From Minisyncoccota bacterium (GTDB lineage: Bacteria; Patescibacteriota; Minisyncoccia; Phycocordibacterales; Phycocordibacteraceae), in assembly GCA_036405415.1 (NCBI GenBank), contig DASWXP010000002.1, positions 340,803 through 404,802 of the forward strand: a DNA stretch of 64,000 nucleotides, written 5' to 3'. Both the position numbers and the translations under genes were made by a program. The stretch's first letter is position 1; the number at the start of each line of letters is the position of its first letter. Shown here piece by piece: positions 8,565 through 16,624 of the stretch. The notes under the pieces were generated by a model that was not told where the DNA came from, did not search any database, and saw only the letters and a list, made by a program, of their open reading frames with translations.

Positions 8565-8967
8565 CCACGAGCAGCTACTTCGCGATGCGGGACTGCGTGC
8601 CACGCCTGGGCGCATAGCCTTGCTCCACGCGCTCGCAAAGGAACCGAAGCCCGTACCGGTTGAGAAGCTCGCCAAGTCTCTCAAGGGGAAGCTCAACCAG
8701 GTGACCTTGTACCGAGCACTCGAGGCATTCGAGAACGCGAACATCGTGACCCGCGCAGGGCTCGGGCACGAGCACGCGCACTATGAACTTCTCCTTGACC
8801 GCCCGCATCACCACCATGCTGTATGCCGTGCCTGCGGACATGTCGAGGATATCGAGATCCCGCATTCACCTTCTCCCGAGAAGGATGCCGAACGACGCGC
8901 CAAGGGATTCGCTTCCATAGACCGCTATTCCCTTGAGTTCTTCGGGACCTGCCGCTCGTGCGCTTAG
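8542..8967 (+). CDS. Fur family transcriptional regulator (Zur/Fur/PerR-like)
   Basis: Winged-helix N-terminus (GLRATPGRIALLHAL), a C-terminal HHHAVCRACG...C..C metal site, and a His-rich patch. Overlaps the end of the CDF gene by about 23 nt (operonic). Confidence 0.75.
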   Translation: MQVMTTPSHEQLLRDAGLRATPGRIALLHALAKEPKPVPVEKLAKSLKGKLNQVTLYRALEAFENANIVTRAGLGHEHAHYELLLDRPHHHHAVCRACGHVEDIEIPHSPSPEKDAERRAKGFASIDRYSLEFFGTCRSCA

Positions 8968-9081
8968 CGCTATACACACAGGCAGTAGCAGCACCTGGAA
9001 GCGGCACTTGCGGTGCTAGAATCTAGGTACAAATATGAATCCTTCATTCGGGACGCGCAGTGCTGTCCCGGCAGCTCGCGT

Positions 9082-9750
9082 ATGAGGATACTTGTTGTCG
9101 AAGACGAGGCGCGTATCTCCCGCTTCCTCAAGGAATCGCTCGAAGCAGAGTTCTTCGCGGTCGATGTCGCTGAGGACGGCGAGCAAGGCTCGTACTTCGC
9201 GCGCACCAACGAGTATGATCTCGTCGTGCTCGATAACATGCTCCCGAAGAAGGACGGGTTGCAGGTATGCAAGGAAATCCGCGCGAGCGGCAAGACCATG
9301 CCGATACTCGTGGTGTCCGTGAAGACCGGAACGTTCGATAAGGTGGACCTACTCGACGCAGGTGCGGACGATTATCTCGCCAAGCCTTTCGTGCTTGAGG
9401 AGCTCCTCGCAAGAGTGCGCGCGCTCATGCGGCGACCTACCGTCATCGAGAGTGACGTGCTGCGGGTCGAGGACATCGAGCTCGACGCGAAGGCAGGAAC
9501 CGTTCGCCGCAGCGACCGCGACATCACACTCACGCGCAAGGAATTCATGCTCCTGCAGTACCTCATGCGGAACGAGGGGACGGTGCTTTCCCGCGGCATG
9601 ATACTTGAGCACGTATGGGATATGAGCGTGGACATCTTCTCCAACACCATTGAGTCCCACATCCTTTCCCTCCGCAAGAAGCTCGGGGACACGAAGGACG
9701 ACCGTATCATCCAGACCATCTCAGGACGCGGATACCGCATGGGCGGATAG
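9082..9750 (+). CDS. response regulator transcription factor, OmpR/PhoB family
   Basis: Receiver domain MRILVVEDE...DLVVLDNMLP (phospho-acceptor Asp)...LAKPF, then winged-helix TLTRKEFMLLQYLMRNEGTVLSR...GYRM. Confidence 0.85.
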   Translation: MRILVVEDEARISRFLKESLEAEFFAVDVAEDGEQGSYFARTNEYDLVVLDNMLPKKDGLQVCKEIRASGKTMPILVVSVKTGTFDKVDLLDAGADDYLAKPFVLEELLARVRALMRRPTVIESDVLRVEDIELDAKAGTVRRSDRDITLTRKEFMLLQYLMRNEGTVLSRGMILEHVWDMSVDIFSNTIESHILSLRKKLGDTKDDRIIQTISGRGYRMGG

Positions 9751-9831
9751 CCGCTATCTTTTCTTCATATTTTCGTTATCGCTCTCTGAGAGAGTGTGTG
9801 CGGACTGGTCATTACATACAGGGAGACTCTG

Positions 9832-10503
9832 ATGACCGATGAGATTAGTGATACGAAAGCCGCATACGATCGCATGGGCGTTGCGTACGACGCCCTTTCA
9901 GAAGACTTCCATCAACAGGTCGCCTACCCCGCACTCCTTGCGCTTCTTGAGCGAGGGCTCGGCCCGCTACGAGCCCGAACGATACTGGACGTGGGCTGCG
10001 GTTCAGGGAGACTCGTGCGGCTTCTGCAGCAGAAAGGCGCAATCGCTTCTGGCATCGATCTTTCCGATGGCATGGCGTCGCGTGGCAGAGCAGCGGGAGT
10101 TCCGATAACTACCGGCTCGATGCTCGATCTTCCTTACGAGGACGAATCGTTCGATGCGGTGGTCTCGTACCACTCGTTCAACTATGTTCCGTTCCCGTAT
10201 CAGAGGCGCGCCATCGAAGAGCAGTCTCGAGTGCTCAAGCGCGGAGGAACATTGCTCCTCTCCCTCTTCCATACAGACACACCTGTACGGACTCCGCGCG
10301 CGGTTACGAGCGAAGGCGAGGAGCTCATACTGTATCTCAGAACACTCGATGAGATGCGTGACTTGGTGAGCTCGTGCCACTGCATCACACACCAAGCGCC
10401 GGTAGCGACGCCCGCGCAAGCAGCGCTCGTCCCTGAGAATGTGCGTGCGCTCGTGACCGAACGCCCCTACGCTCTGTTCATCGTCGCGCACCGCATTGTC
10501 TGA
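9832..10503 (+). CDS. class I SAM-dependent methyltransferase
   Basis: Motif I ILDVGCGSGRL, acidic motif II GIDLS, post-II DAVVS. A GGGAG Shine-Dalgarno precedes the ATG. Confidence 0.75.
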   Translation: MTDEISDTKAAYDRMGVAYDALSEDFHQQVAYPALLALLERGLGPLRARTILDVGCGSGRLVRLLQQKGAIASGIDLSDGMASRGRAAGVPITTGSMLDLPYEDESFDAVVSYHSFNYVPFPYQRRAIEEQSRVLKRGGTLLLSLFHTDTPVRTPRAVTSEGEELILYLRTLDEMRDLVSSCHCITHQAPVATPAQAALVPENVRALVTERPYALFIVAHRIV

Positions 10504-10510
10504 ACCCTTC

Positions 10511-10540
10511 GACATCCCGCTTCTGCGGGATGTCTTCTTA
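10511..10540 (+). terminator. intrinsic terminator gacatcccgc-ttct-gcgggatgtc followed by TTCTTAT
   Basis: Perfect 10-bp stem immediately after the methyltransferase stop, then a T-rich tract. Confidence 0.6.
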
Positions 10541-10645
10541 TGCGAAATTCATATTTCGATTACCTTTTCTTGATCGTGGCTCTACATCGGGACTCGTACC
10601 CTTCACTCTGGTTGTTCCTTACACGCATCAGAAAAGGAGTTTGCG

Positions 10646-11620
10646 ATGCACATGTTTACCGGCGTCTCGCTTCCAGAGAATCCAGGCCACGATACGGTCT
10701 ACACGCTTCTGCCGAGCGCTTCAGACGATGCCTACTACCGCGAGCGCACCAACCGGAATATCGGCTGGATAACGGAGACCGAGCAGCAAATCCTCCGGGA
10801 TTCTGTAATCGGCATCGCCGGCTGCGGCGGCATGGGAGGCCTGCTCGCTTCCCTATTCTGCCGGATGGGCATCGGCGAGGTCCGGGTTGCGGATTCTGAG
10901 GTCTTCGATCTCTCGAACGTGAATCGGCAGTTCGGCGCGAGCCGCACGAGCATCGGGCGCTCAAAAGCGCTCGAGACCGCACGGCTCACCCGCGCCATAT
11001 GTGACGACAATACGCTCATGGTGTTCCCGCAGGGCATCACCGAGGAGTCTGCCCAGGATTTCGCCCAGGGATGCCATATCATTCTCGACGAGATCGAATT
11101 CTGGGCAGTAGGGTCCCGCATCCTCCTGCATCAAGCCGCCCGTTCCTTTGGCGCGTCGCTTCTTAACTGCAATGCCGTCGGGTTCGGATCACGATTGTTC
11201 CGCTTCGATCCCGAAGGATTCACCATGGAGGAGCTTCTCGATCTCTCCTATGAGGACGCGAAGGTCCTGCAGGAACGCATTCAGTCCGGGACGGCCAGTA
11301 CCGAGGAAGTAACGCTCGTGATGGAGCGTATGTTCCGCGGCCTGGTGCCGGAACTGCCTGAATACGCTTCGGAAGACGCGGGCTACAGCACCGTCTCTGC
11401 GGTGCGAACACGGCTTCTGACCGAGCAACGTGCATCCATCGTCTCGTCAACGCCGCTCCTCGCCTCAGGATTCCTCGCGACGCATACCGTCTTCGAGCTC
11501 CTGAGTAAGAGTACTATCCCGCGGGTATACCAGCGACCGCCTGCGGCACCGGGCTACCTGATCATCGACGCGGGCTTCCACGAGGCCCGGGTCGTACACC
11601 GGAAAGGATCCGACCTATGA
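10646..11620 (+). CDS. ThiF/MoeB/E1-like adenylyltransferase (no CxxC zinc motifs)
   Basis: Rossmann motif GIAGCGGMGGLLA, SNVNRQ arginine finger, and the conserved Lys and Asp positions (GRSKALE, IILDEIEF). A ~150-aa C-terminal region has no Cys pairs. Shine-Dalgarno aaaaggag. Confidence 0.75.
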   Translation: MHMFTGVSLPENPGHDTVYTLLPSASDDAYYRERTNRNIGWITETEQQILRDSVIGIAGCGGMGGLLASLFCRMGIGEVRVADSEVFDLSNVNRQFGASRTSIGRSKALETARLTRAICDDNTLMVFPQGITEESAQDFAQGCHIILDEIEFWAVGSRILLHQAARSFGASLLNCNAVGFGSRLFRFDPEGFTMEELLDLSYEDAKVLQERIQSGTASTEEVTLVMERMFRGLVPELPEYASEDAGYSTVSAVRTRLLTEQRASIVSSTPLLASGFLATHTVFELLSKSTIPRVYQRPPAAPGYLIIDAGFHEARVVHRKGSDL

Positions 11621-12198
11621 CCGAAGGATTGAGCGTCTTCCTGGCAGAGCGCGAGGAAGACATAAGCGAGGTACACCGCCTCGTTGAGCGCATCTATCTG
11701 GCTTCGTACGGCACCGTGCCAAAGTCAGCCCATGCGTACGGCGCGGTTCGCCGCGGAGATGAGGTGGTTGCATGCCTCGGGTTCGACCACGCCGAGCCTG
11801 ATGGCAGATTCGCGATAGAGCGTATCTACTCGCTCGACCGCAGCACCTATCCGGTTCCTGTCGAGAGCAAGAGCACTGCCCAGTTCGGCCGCCTCGTCTC
11901 GAGCGAGCCGTGTCTCGGTAGGCTCGCAGTACATACCGGCATCTGGTTTGCGGTCAGGTCCGGAAAGCGGCTCGGCATTATCGAGCACACCGATACTATC
12001 CATCGCGTGGCGCTCGGATTCGGCCTTGTGCTCATCGATATACCTGTATGGGAAATCGACCTCAGCGAGACTCTTCCCGGAGACCGCGGTTACTACGAGA
12101 AGCGCGAGGGCAAACCGTACCTCATGGACCTCGAGCGATCCCTTGAGCGTACGGCTGCAAAGCTCCCATCGGACGTTCTCGCGCTTTTCGGGGAATGA
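11617..12198 (+). CDS. hypothetical protein, possible LuxI/FeeM/thermostable-hemolysin-like (GNAT-fold) acyltransferase
   Basis: Start ATGA-overlaps the ThiF stop (translational coupling). ~193 aa. Contains FGRLV and EPCLGRLAV blocks reminiscent of the E-x-S-R-L-A-V motif of autoinducer-synthase-like acyltransferases. The assignment is tentative. Confidence 0.4.
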   Translation: MTEGLSVFLAEREEDISEVHRLVERIYLASYGTVPKSAHAYGAVRRGDEVVACLGFDHAEPDGRFAIERIYSLDRSTYPVPVESKSTAQFGRLVSSEPCLGRLAVHTGIWFAVRSGKRLGIIEHTDTIHRVALGFGLVLIDIPVWEIDLSETLPGDRGYYEKREGKPYLMDLERSLERTAAKLPSDVLALFGE

Positions 12199-12266
12199 TG
12201 TTTTTTCACGATACAAGCTTCTGGTGCGGGCTGCCTCGCATGCCCGCACCTCTATATACTTAGACC

Positions 12267-14222
12267 ATGGCACCGAACCTCACGCCGGATATCCTGCTGC
12301 TTGCGATCGTCGCGGTCGCTAACGTCTCTATCGGGACGTATGTGTTTCTGCGCAAGCCTGAGGACCGAGCGCGACAGGCCTTCTTCCTCTTTGTTACCGG
12401 AGGCGCGCTCTGGGTAGGAGGGTTCGTGCTGCTTTCGCTCACACATAATTTCTCGTTCGACATCGTGACGAACTACGGAGGGCTGCTCCTCATCGCCGGC
12501 ACCCTCTGGTTCGCGCAGAACTTCCCGCGCCCCATCATGCTTCCGGTGCGGTCTTGGCTGCTCTATTTCCCGTTCCTAATAATCGCGGCCGGTGTCATAC
12601 CGCAGCAGCTCATCGTGCTTGGCATTGAGCCGCTTCCGGGTGGCGGCTTCGTGCCGATCGTGGGGCCGCTGTTGCCGCTCTGGAGCCTCATAGCGGTTAC
12701 CTATACGCTCGCTGCAATCTTAATCCTTATATATCGATTCCGGAGATCAACCGGACGCGAGCGCCTGCAGCTCGGATACGTATTCGCCGGCGTAAGCACG
12801 TTCGCTTTGTCTGCCGTCGCGTTCGATATGGTACTGCCCGTATTCGGCGTCACGGAACTCAAAGGTATCGGTCCCCTTACCTCCATCGTCTTCGTGGGAG
12901 CGACCGCCTATGCGATAGCACGGCATCAGCTCATGGATATCCGCATCGTCATACAGCGAGGGTTCACGTACAGCGTCTTGCTCGGACTCATCGTCATCTG
13001 CTACCTGAGCGTGCTCTCCGTACTCGGAACGCTCTTCCCGAATGAGGCGAGCGGCATATCTCTCGCCGCGTCACTCGTTACTATCACGCTCGGCATCATC
13101 GGCGTTCCGTACATCGAACGCTGGTTCAGGAAAGCTACGGATCGCATATTCTTCAAGGGAACGTATGAGTACGCCACCGCTCTTGAGACCCTATCTGCGG
13201 TACTGCATGCGAACGTGGAGCTTTCAGACCTCGTGCGTGAATCAGAGCAGGCGCTTGCGCGTATCCTGAGAGCGACATCCGTCCGCATCGCGCTTGGCCA
13301 AAGCGCTCACAAGAACGCAGTGCTTCTCGTTCCTATTGGCCTTGATGGCGAGCACATCGGCTGCATCCAGGTTGAAGCGAAGCGATCCGGCGACCCGTAT
13401 ACTCCGCAGGACCTCCAGCTCCTCAAGACATTCGCATACCAGGCAGCCACAGCGCTCTCGCGCGCGCAGCTGTACGCTGACGTGAAAGAGCACGCGAGGG
13501 ATCTTGAAGCTAAGGTTGCGGAACGCACCCGGGAACTCTCGCAGACGCAGGCACGCGAGCGGCAGATGCTGAATGATCTCTCGCATAACCTGCAGACCCC
13601 ACTCACCGTGCTCCAGACGAGACTTGATCGCTTGAAGCCGATCCTGAAGGACCAGGCCGAGGTACGCGCGCTCGAGCAATCCCTCGGGAGTTTCTCGGGA
13701 TTCGTCTACGAGCTGCTTTCACTTGCGCGCCTTGAAGGAGGCAGGCGCGTGGCGCGAATCCCGCTTGATCTGAGCGCGCTCGTGAGCGAGCTCGTTGACG
13801 AGATCAGCGTTATCGCGGAGAATCGCGGCATATGGGTTGAAAGCCGTATCGATGAGGGCTTGTATGTAAAGGGCGACGAGAGGCAGCTTCGCGAGGCGCT
13901 CATGAATCTGGCGAGCAATGCACTCAAATACCTGAAACCAGACGGAGAACGGAGCATAGCTTTTACGCTCATGCGAGAGAGCGATGCTGTCGTGCTTGAG
14001 ATACGCGACACAGGTACGGGCATTGCTCCTGAGGATCTGCCACGCATATTCGAGCGGTTCTATCGGGGAAGCCGCGTTCGGGACGACCTGCAGGGCACGG
14101 GCCTCGGGCTCGCGATCGTCAAGCGCATAGTCGAGCAACATAAAGGCACCGTCTCAGCGCAAAGTGTTCATAGTCAGGGTACGACCATGACGGTGCGCTT
14201 GCCGCTCCTTTCGGAGCACTAG
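12267..14222 (+). CDS. sensor histidine kinase with N-terminal ~8-helix integral-membrane sensor module
   Basis: N-terminal 330 aa are almost entirely TM helices. This is followed by a GAF-like linker, HisKA (LSHNLQTPLTVLQTRLDRL with the phospho-His) and HATPase_c (NLASNALKY, DTGTGI, GTGLGLAIV). Confidence 0.8.
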   Translation: MAPNLTPDILLLAIVAVANVSIGTYVFLRKPEDRARQAFFLFVTGGALWVGGFVLLSLTHNFSFDIVTNYGGLLLIAGTLWFAQNFPRPIMLPVRSWLLYFPFLIIAAGVIPQQLIVLGIEPLPGGGFVPIVGPLLPLWSLIAVTYTLAAILILIYRFRRSTGRERLQLGYVFAGVSTFALSAVAFDMVLPVFGVTELKGIGPLTSIVFVGATAYAIARHQLMDIRIVIQRGFTYSVLLGLIVICYLSVLSVLGTLFPNEASGISLAASLVTITLGIIGVPYIERWFRKATDRIFFKGTYEYATALETLSAVLHANVELSDLVRESEQALARILRATSVRIALGQSAHKNAVLLVPIGLDGEHIGCIQVEAKRSGDPYTPQDLQLLKTFAYQAATALSRAQLYADVKEHARDLEAKVAERTRELSQTQARERQMLNDLSHNLQTPLTVLQTRLDRLKPILKDQAEVRALEQSLGSFSGFVYELLSLARLEGGRRVARIPLDLSALVSELVDEISVIAENRGIWVESRIDEGLYVKGDERQLREALMNLASNALKYLKPDGERSIAFTLMRESDAVVLEIRDTGTGIAPEDLPRIFERFYRGSRVRDDLQGTGLGLAIVKRIVEQHKGTVSAQSVHSQGTTMTVRLPLLSEH

Positions 14223-14481
14223 CTTCCCCATCCTCATACCGGACCAGCTATCCGACCTTCGATAGAAGACCGGTGTTGCGCAAGCTGGCCCGATATAAAG
14301 AAACGCAAGCGTGCGAGTCACTGGACAGAGTCTACTTGAACGACCTAAAGGAATTCTAAAATTTCCATAGAGCGAAGATGGAGTGGCAGTTATGCACCGT
14401 GTTCTGCAAAACCTGGTTCCCAGGGCCCATACTTACTAGGTGTCGCGATTATCCGGTTCCTTAAGAGTCATAACGTATCGT

Positions 14482-14685
14482 ATGTCTGCACTTAAGCCTG
14501 TCGCGTTCATCCTCGTTATCGTCGGTGCCCTCAACTGGGGGCTCGTCGGTCTAGGCGGGTTCATGGGTTCTGAATGGAATCTCGTGAACATGCTGTTCGG
14601 CATGTGGCCGATGGTCGAGTGGATCATCTATATCCTCGTCGGCCTTTCGGCTATCGTCCTCCTCGCAACCAAGCGCAGGATGTAG
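14482..14685 (+). CDS. DUF378-family small membrane protein
   Basis: MSALKPVAFILVIVGALNWGLVGL matches the hallmark VGALNWGL of DUF378 proteins; 67 aa with two TM helices. Confidence 0.65.
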   Translation: MSALKPVAFILVIVGALNWGLVGLGGFMGSEWNLVNMLFGMWPMVEWIIYILVGLSAIVLLATKRRM

Positions 14686-14700
14686 CGGCACCCCCAAGCG

Positions 14701-14731
14701 AGAAAGCGCCGCTTCAAAGCGGCGCTTTCTC
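14701..14731. terminator. bidirectional hairpin agaaagcgccgctt-caa-agcggcgctttct
   Basis: Perfect 14-bp stem between convergent genes 14482..14685 (+) and 14738..16426 (-). Confidence 0.65.
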
Positions 14732-14737
14732 TATCTC

Positions 14738-16426
14738 CTACCACCAGATGCCTTGCATCCCGGCTATCTTCATATGCGTTCTCGTTACCGGACCGAGGTA
14801 GCCTAGAGCGGGCGCGATGCCGTGCGCCGCCTGGTACCCAGCGAGTGCAGCGCGCGTCAGTGCACCAAAGAGATCAGTCTCGCTCCCTGCAGAACCAGGG
14901 CCCGTATTCGCAACTACGAATCCATTTGCATTCAATAGCTTCTGGAGCGACCGCACGTCCTCTCCCGACATGCCTGTCACAAGATCCCGGACCGGCAGCG
15001 GTACCGTGCTGTCATGCTTGTTCACTTCCTCCTCCGGGAAGAGTCTCGGGTACTGGCGCATGAGCTCCTCTGCGCGTGCGGTATTGCCCATTCGGATAAG
15101 TGCTTTCACGCGGGACTGGATGCTGGTCCCGGTTCTCCGGCTTGACGTCTCCTCGACCTCAGTCGGAGCAGGTTCCGGCTCAGTAGATATGTACTGGAAG
15201 AGGCGCACGCCGGGCGTGCCGTTCTGTCCTACCGCGACTGTTATGCGCTCATCCTCGTAATAGAGATGCGGCTCGCCGAGAAAGTCCATGGCGAGGTCGA
15301 CTACCCCGCTCGTTCCGAAGCTCGATATCGGATCCCCATCCAGATCGTAGGCGCGAAGCACGCCCTGGTCTCCGGAGAGAATGCCTCCTACCACGAGCGC
15401 CCCATCGCCATCAGCAACCATACCCTGGATCTGGTCGTTCACCGCCGAATCGTCCACGGTTACGACGTCGAAATCTTCTCCATCCTCGTCGATTCGGACA
15501 TAGAACGCATGACGGTCGAAGTTATCGCTCACGTACCCGCCGAGCATGATGCTTCCGTCGCTCGCGATCGAGAGGTGCTCGCTGCGGGCATAATCCACGC
15601 CAGGAACGGCTTCGGTGAAGATACCGTTCGACGCGAAGCTCGTATCGAGATCGCCATCGGCTTCAACCGCATAGACTGCCACATCGTCTCCCACATACCC
15701 GCCAAGCAGGAAGCTGCCGTCCTCGCGCATGGCCATGTCGGTCAGGTTCGTGTTCGCGAACGTGGTGATACCGTTGATACCGAACGAAGGATCAAGGACT
15801 CCGGCTTGGGAATAGCGCGCAAGGAACGAGTCTCCCTGATCGTTATCCTCGCCGAGCACGATGATGCGGTTGTTGCTGTCGACCTCGACCGCAAGGAAGC
15901 TGTACTGGTCGCCGATCATGAGCGCGTACCCGTCATGGGTCGTTCCGCTCTCGCTGTAATGGTTGCCGAAGGAGGTATCAAGGACTCCTCCTGAGGACAA
16001 CCGCCCGATAAAGCCGCCATAGCTGTCTGTCGTATTGCCGTAGTTTCCGACGAAGAGGATCTGGCTCCCCTGGAGCGCGATATCTCGCACCACCGCTAGG
16101 CCATTGATATCGAACGTGAACGAGCCTCCGGTGCCGAACGAGGTATCGAGCGCTCCGGCTGCGGTAACGCGCACGATGCTCGACGGGTAGGGATCCGGAC
16201 CCACGAACGAGTTCGCGGAGAATATGATCTTCCCGTCCGGCTGCTTCAGGAGTCCCGTTACCTCAGGCTCGCTGTCAGCAAGCCCTACCTGGGTCGCGGT
16301 GAAGAACACCGAACCATCGGTATCAAAAGCGGTATCAAGCCCGCCATACGCGGCGTGAACGAAAGTAGACGGCACTGCGAGAAGCGATAGGAGCATCGCA
16401 GCAAAAAATGCGGTATTCCTGAGCAT
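14738..16426 (-). CDS. secreted delta-60-type repeat protein with C-terminal peptidoglycan-binding domain
   Basis: Signal peptide MLRNTAFFAAMLLSLLAVPSTFVHA. About 8 repeats each containing D(T/P)SFG..G. C-terminal GEDVRSLQKLLNANGF...LFGALTRAALAGYQAAHGI resembles PG_binding_1. Confidence 0.6.
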   Translation of the reverse strand: MLRNTAFFAAMLLSLLAVPSTFVHAAYGGLDTAFDTDGSVFFTATQVGLADSEPEVTGLLKQPDGKIIFSANSFVGPDPYPSSIVRVTAAGALDTSFGTGGSFTFDINGLAVVRDIALQGSQILFVGNYGNTTDSYGGFIGRLSSGGVLDTSFGNHYSESGTTHDGYALMIGDQYSFLAVEVDSNNRIIVLGEDNDQGDSFLARYSQAGVLDPSFGINGITTFANTNLTDMAMREDGSFLLGGYVGDDVAVYAVEADGDLDTSFASNGIFTEAVPGVDYARSEHLSIASDGSIMLGGYVSDNFDRHAFYVRIDEDGEDFDVVTVDDSAVNDQIQGMVADGDGALVVGGILSGDQGVLRAYDLDGDPISSFGTSGVVDLAMDFLGEPHLYYEDERITVAVGQNGTPGVRLFQYISTEPEPAPTEVEETSSRRTGTSIQSRVKALIRMGNTARAEELMRQYPRLFPEEEVNKHDSTVPLPVRDLVTGMSGEDVRSLQKLLNANGFVVANTGPGSAGSETDLFGALTRAALAGYQAAHGIAPALGYLGPVTRTHMKIAGMQGIWW

Positions 16427-16474
16427 TACAACGTATCTAAGAGCAATGACTTCAGTATACAGGTCCTGATAGCA

Positions 16475-16500
16475 GAAAGACCGCTTCTGAGCGGTCTTTC
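16475..16500. terminator. hairpin gaaagaccgc-ttctga-gcggtctttc
   Basis: Perfect 10-bp stem located 3-prime of the minus-strand tRNA. Confidence 0.5.
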
Positions 16501-16513
16501 TGCGTAACGCGTG

Positions 16514-16584
16514 TTGCGGGGGCCGGAATCGAACCGGCGTCTGGAGGTTATGAGCCTCCCGAGGTACCTCTCCTCTACCCCGCT
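16514..16584 (-). tRNA. tRNA-Met (CAU), initiator-like
   Basis: The reverse complement gives AGCGGGG...CCCCGCA-A: a 1:72 A-A mismatch as in the bacterial initiator (which has C1-A72), anticodon loop CTCATAA, and T-arm GCCGGTTCGATTCCGGC. Ends AACA (CCA not encoded). Close to E. coli tRNA-fMet in the acceptor and T arms. Confidence 0.7.
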
Positions 16585-16624
16585 ATAGGCATATAATACG
16601 CCATATCCTGACGTATTGCAAGTC

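Noticed and set aside
9700-9750. Response regulator ending in ...GYRMGG, considered as a possible ubiquitin-like GG terminus for the nearby E1-like enzyme
   Set aside because: The protein is a standard two-domain OmpR-family regulator, not a beta-grasp fold. OmpR-type C-termini often end in G-Y-R-x; the match is coincidental.
10504-10645. Search for a tiny Asn-terminated precursor-peptide ORF (MccA-like) upstream of the ThiF gene
   Set aside because: All three forward frames in the spacer run into the ThiF coding region without an Asn-stop, and no ATG-initiated mini-ORF with a ribosome-binding site was found on either strand. The region is mostly a terminator plus the ThiF ribosome-binding site.
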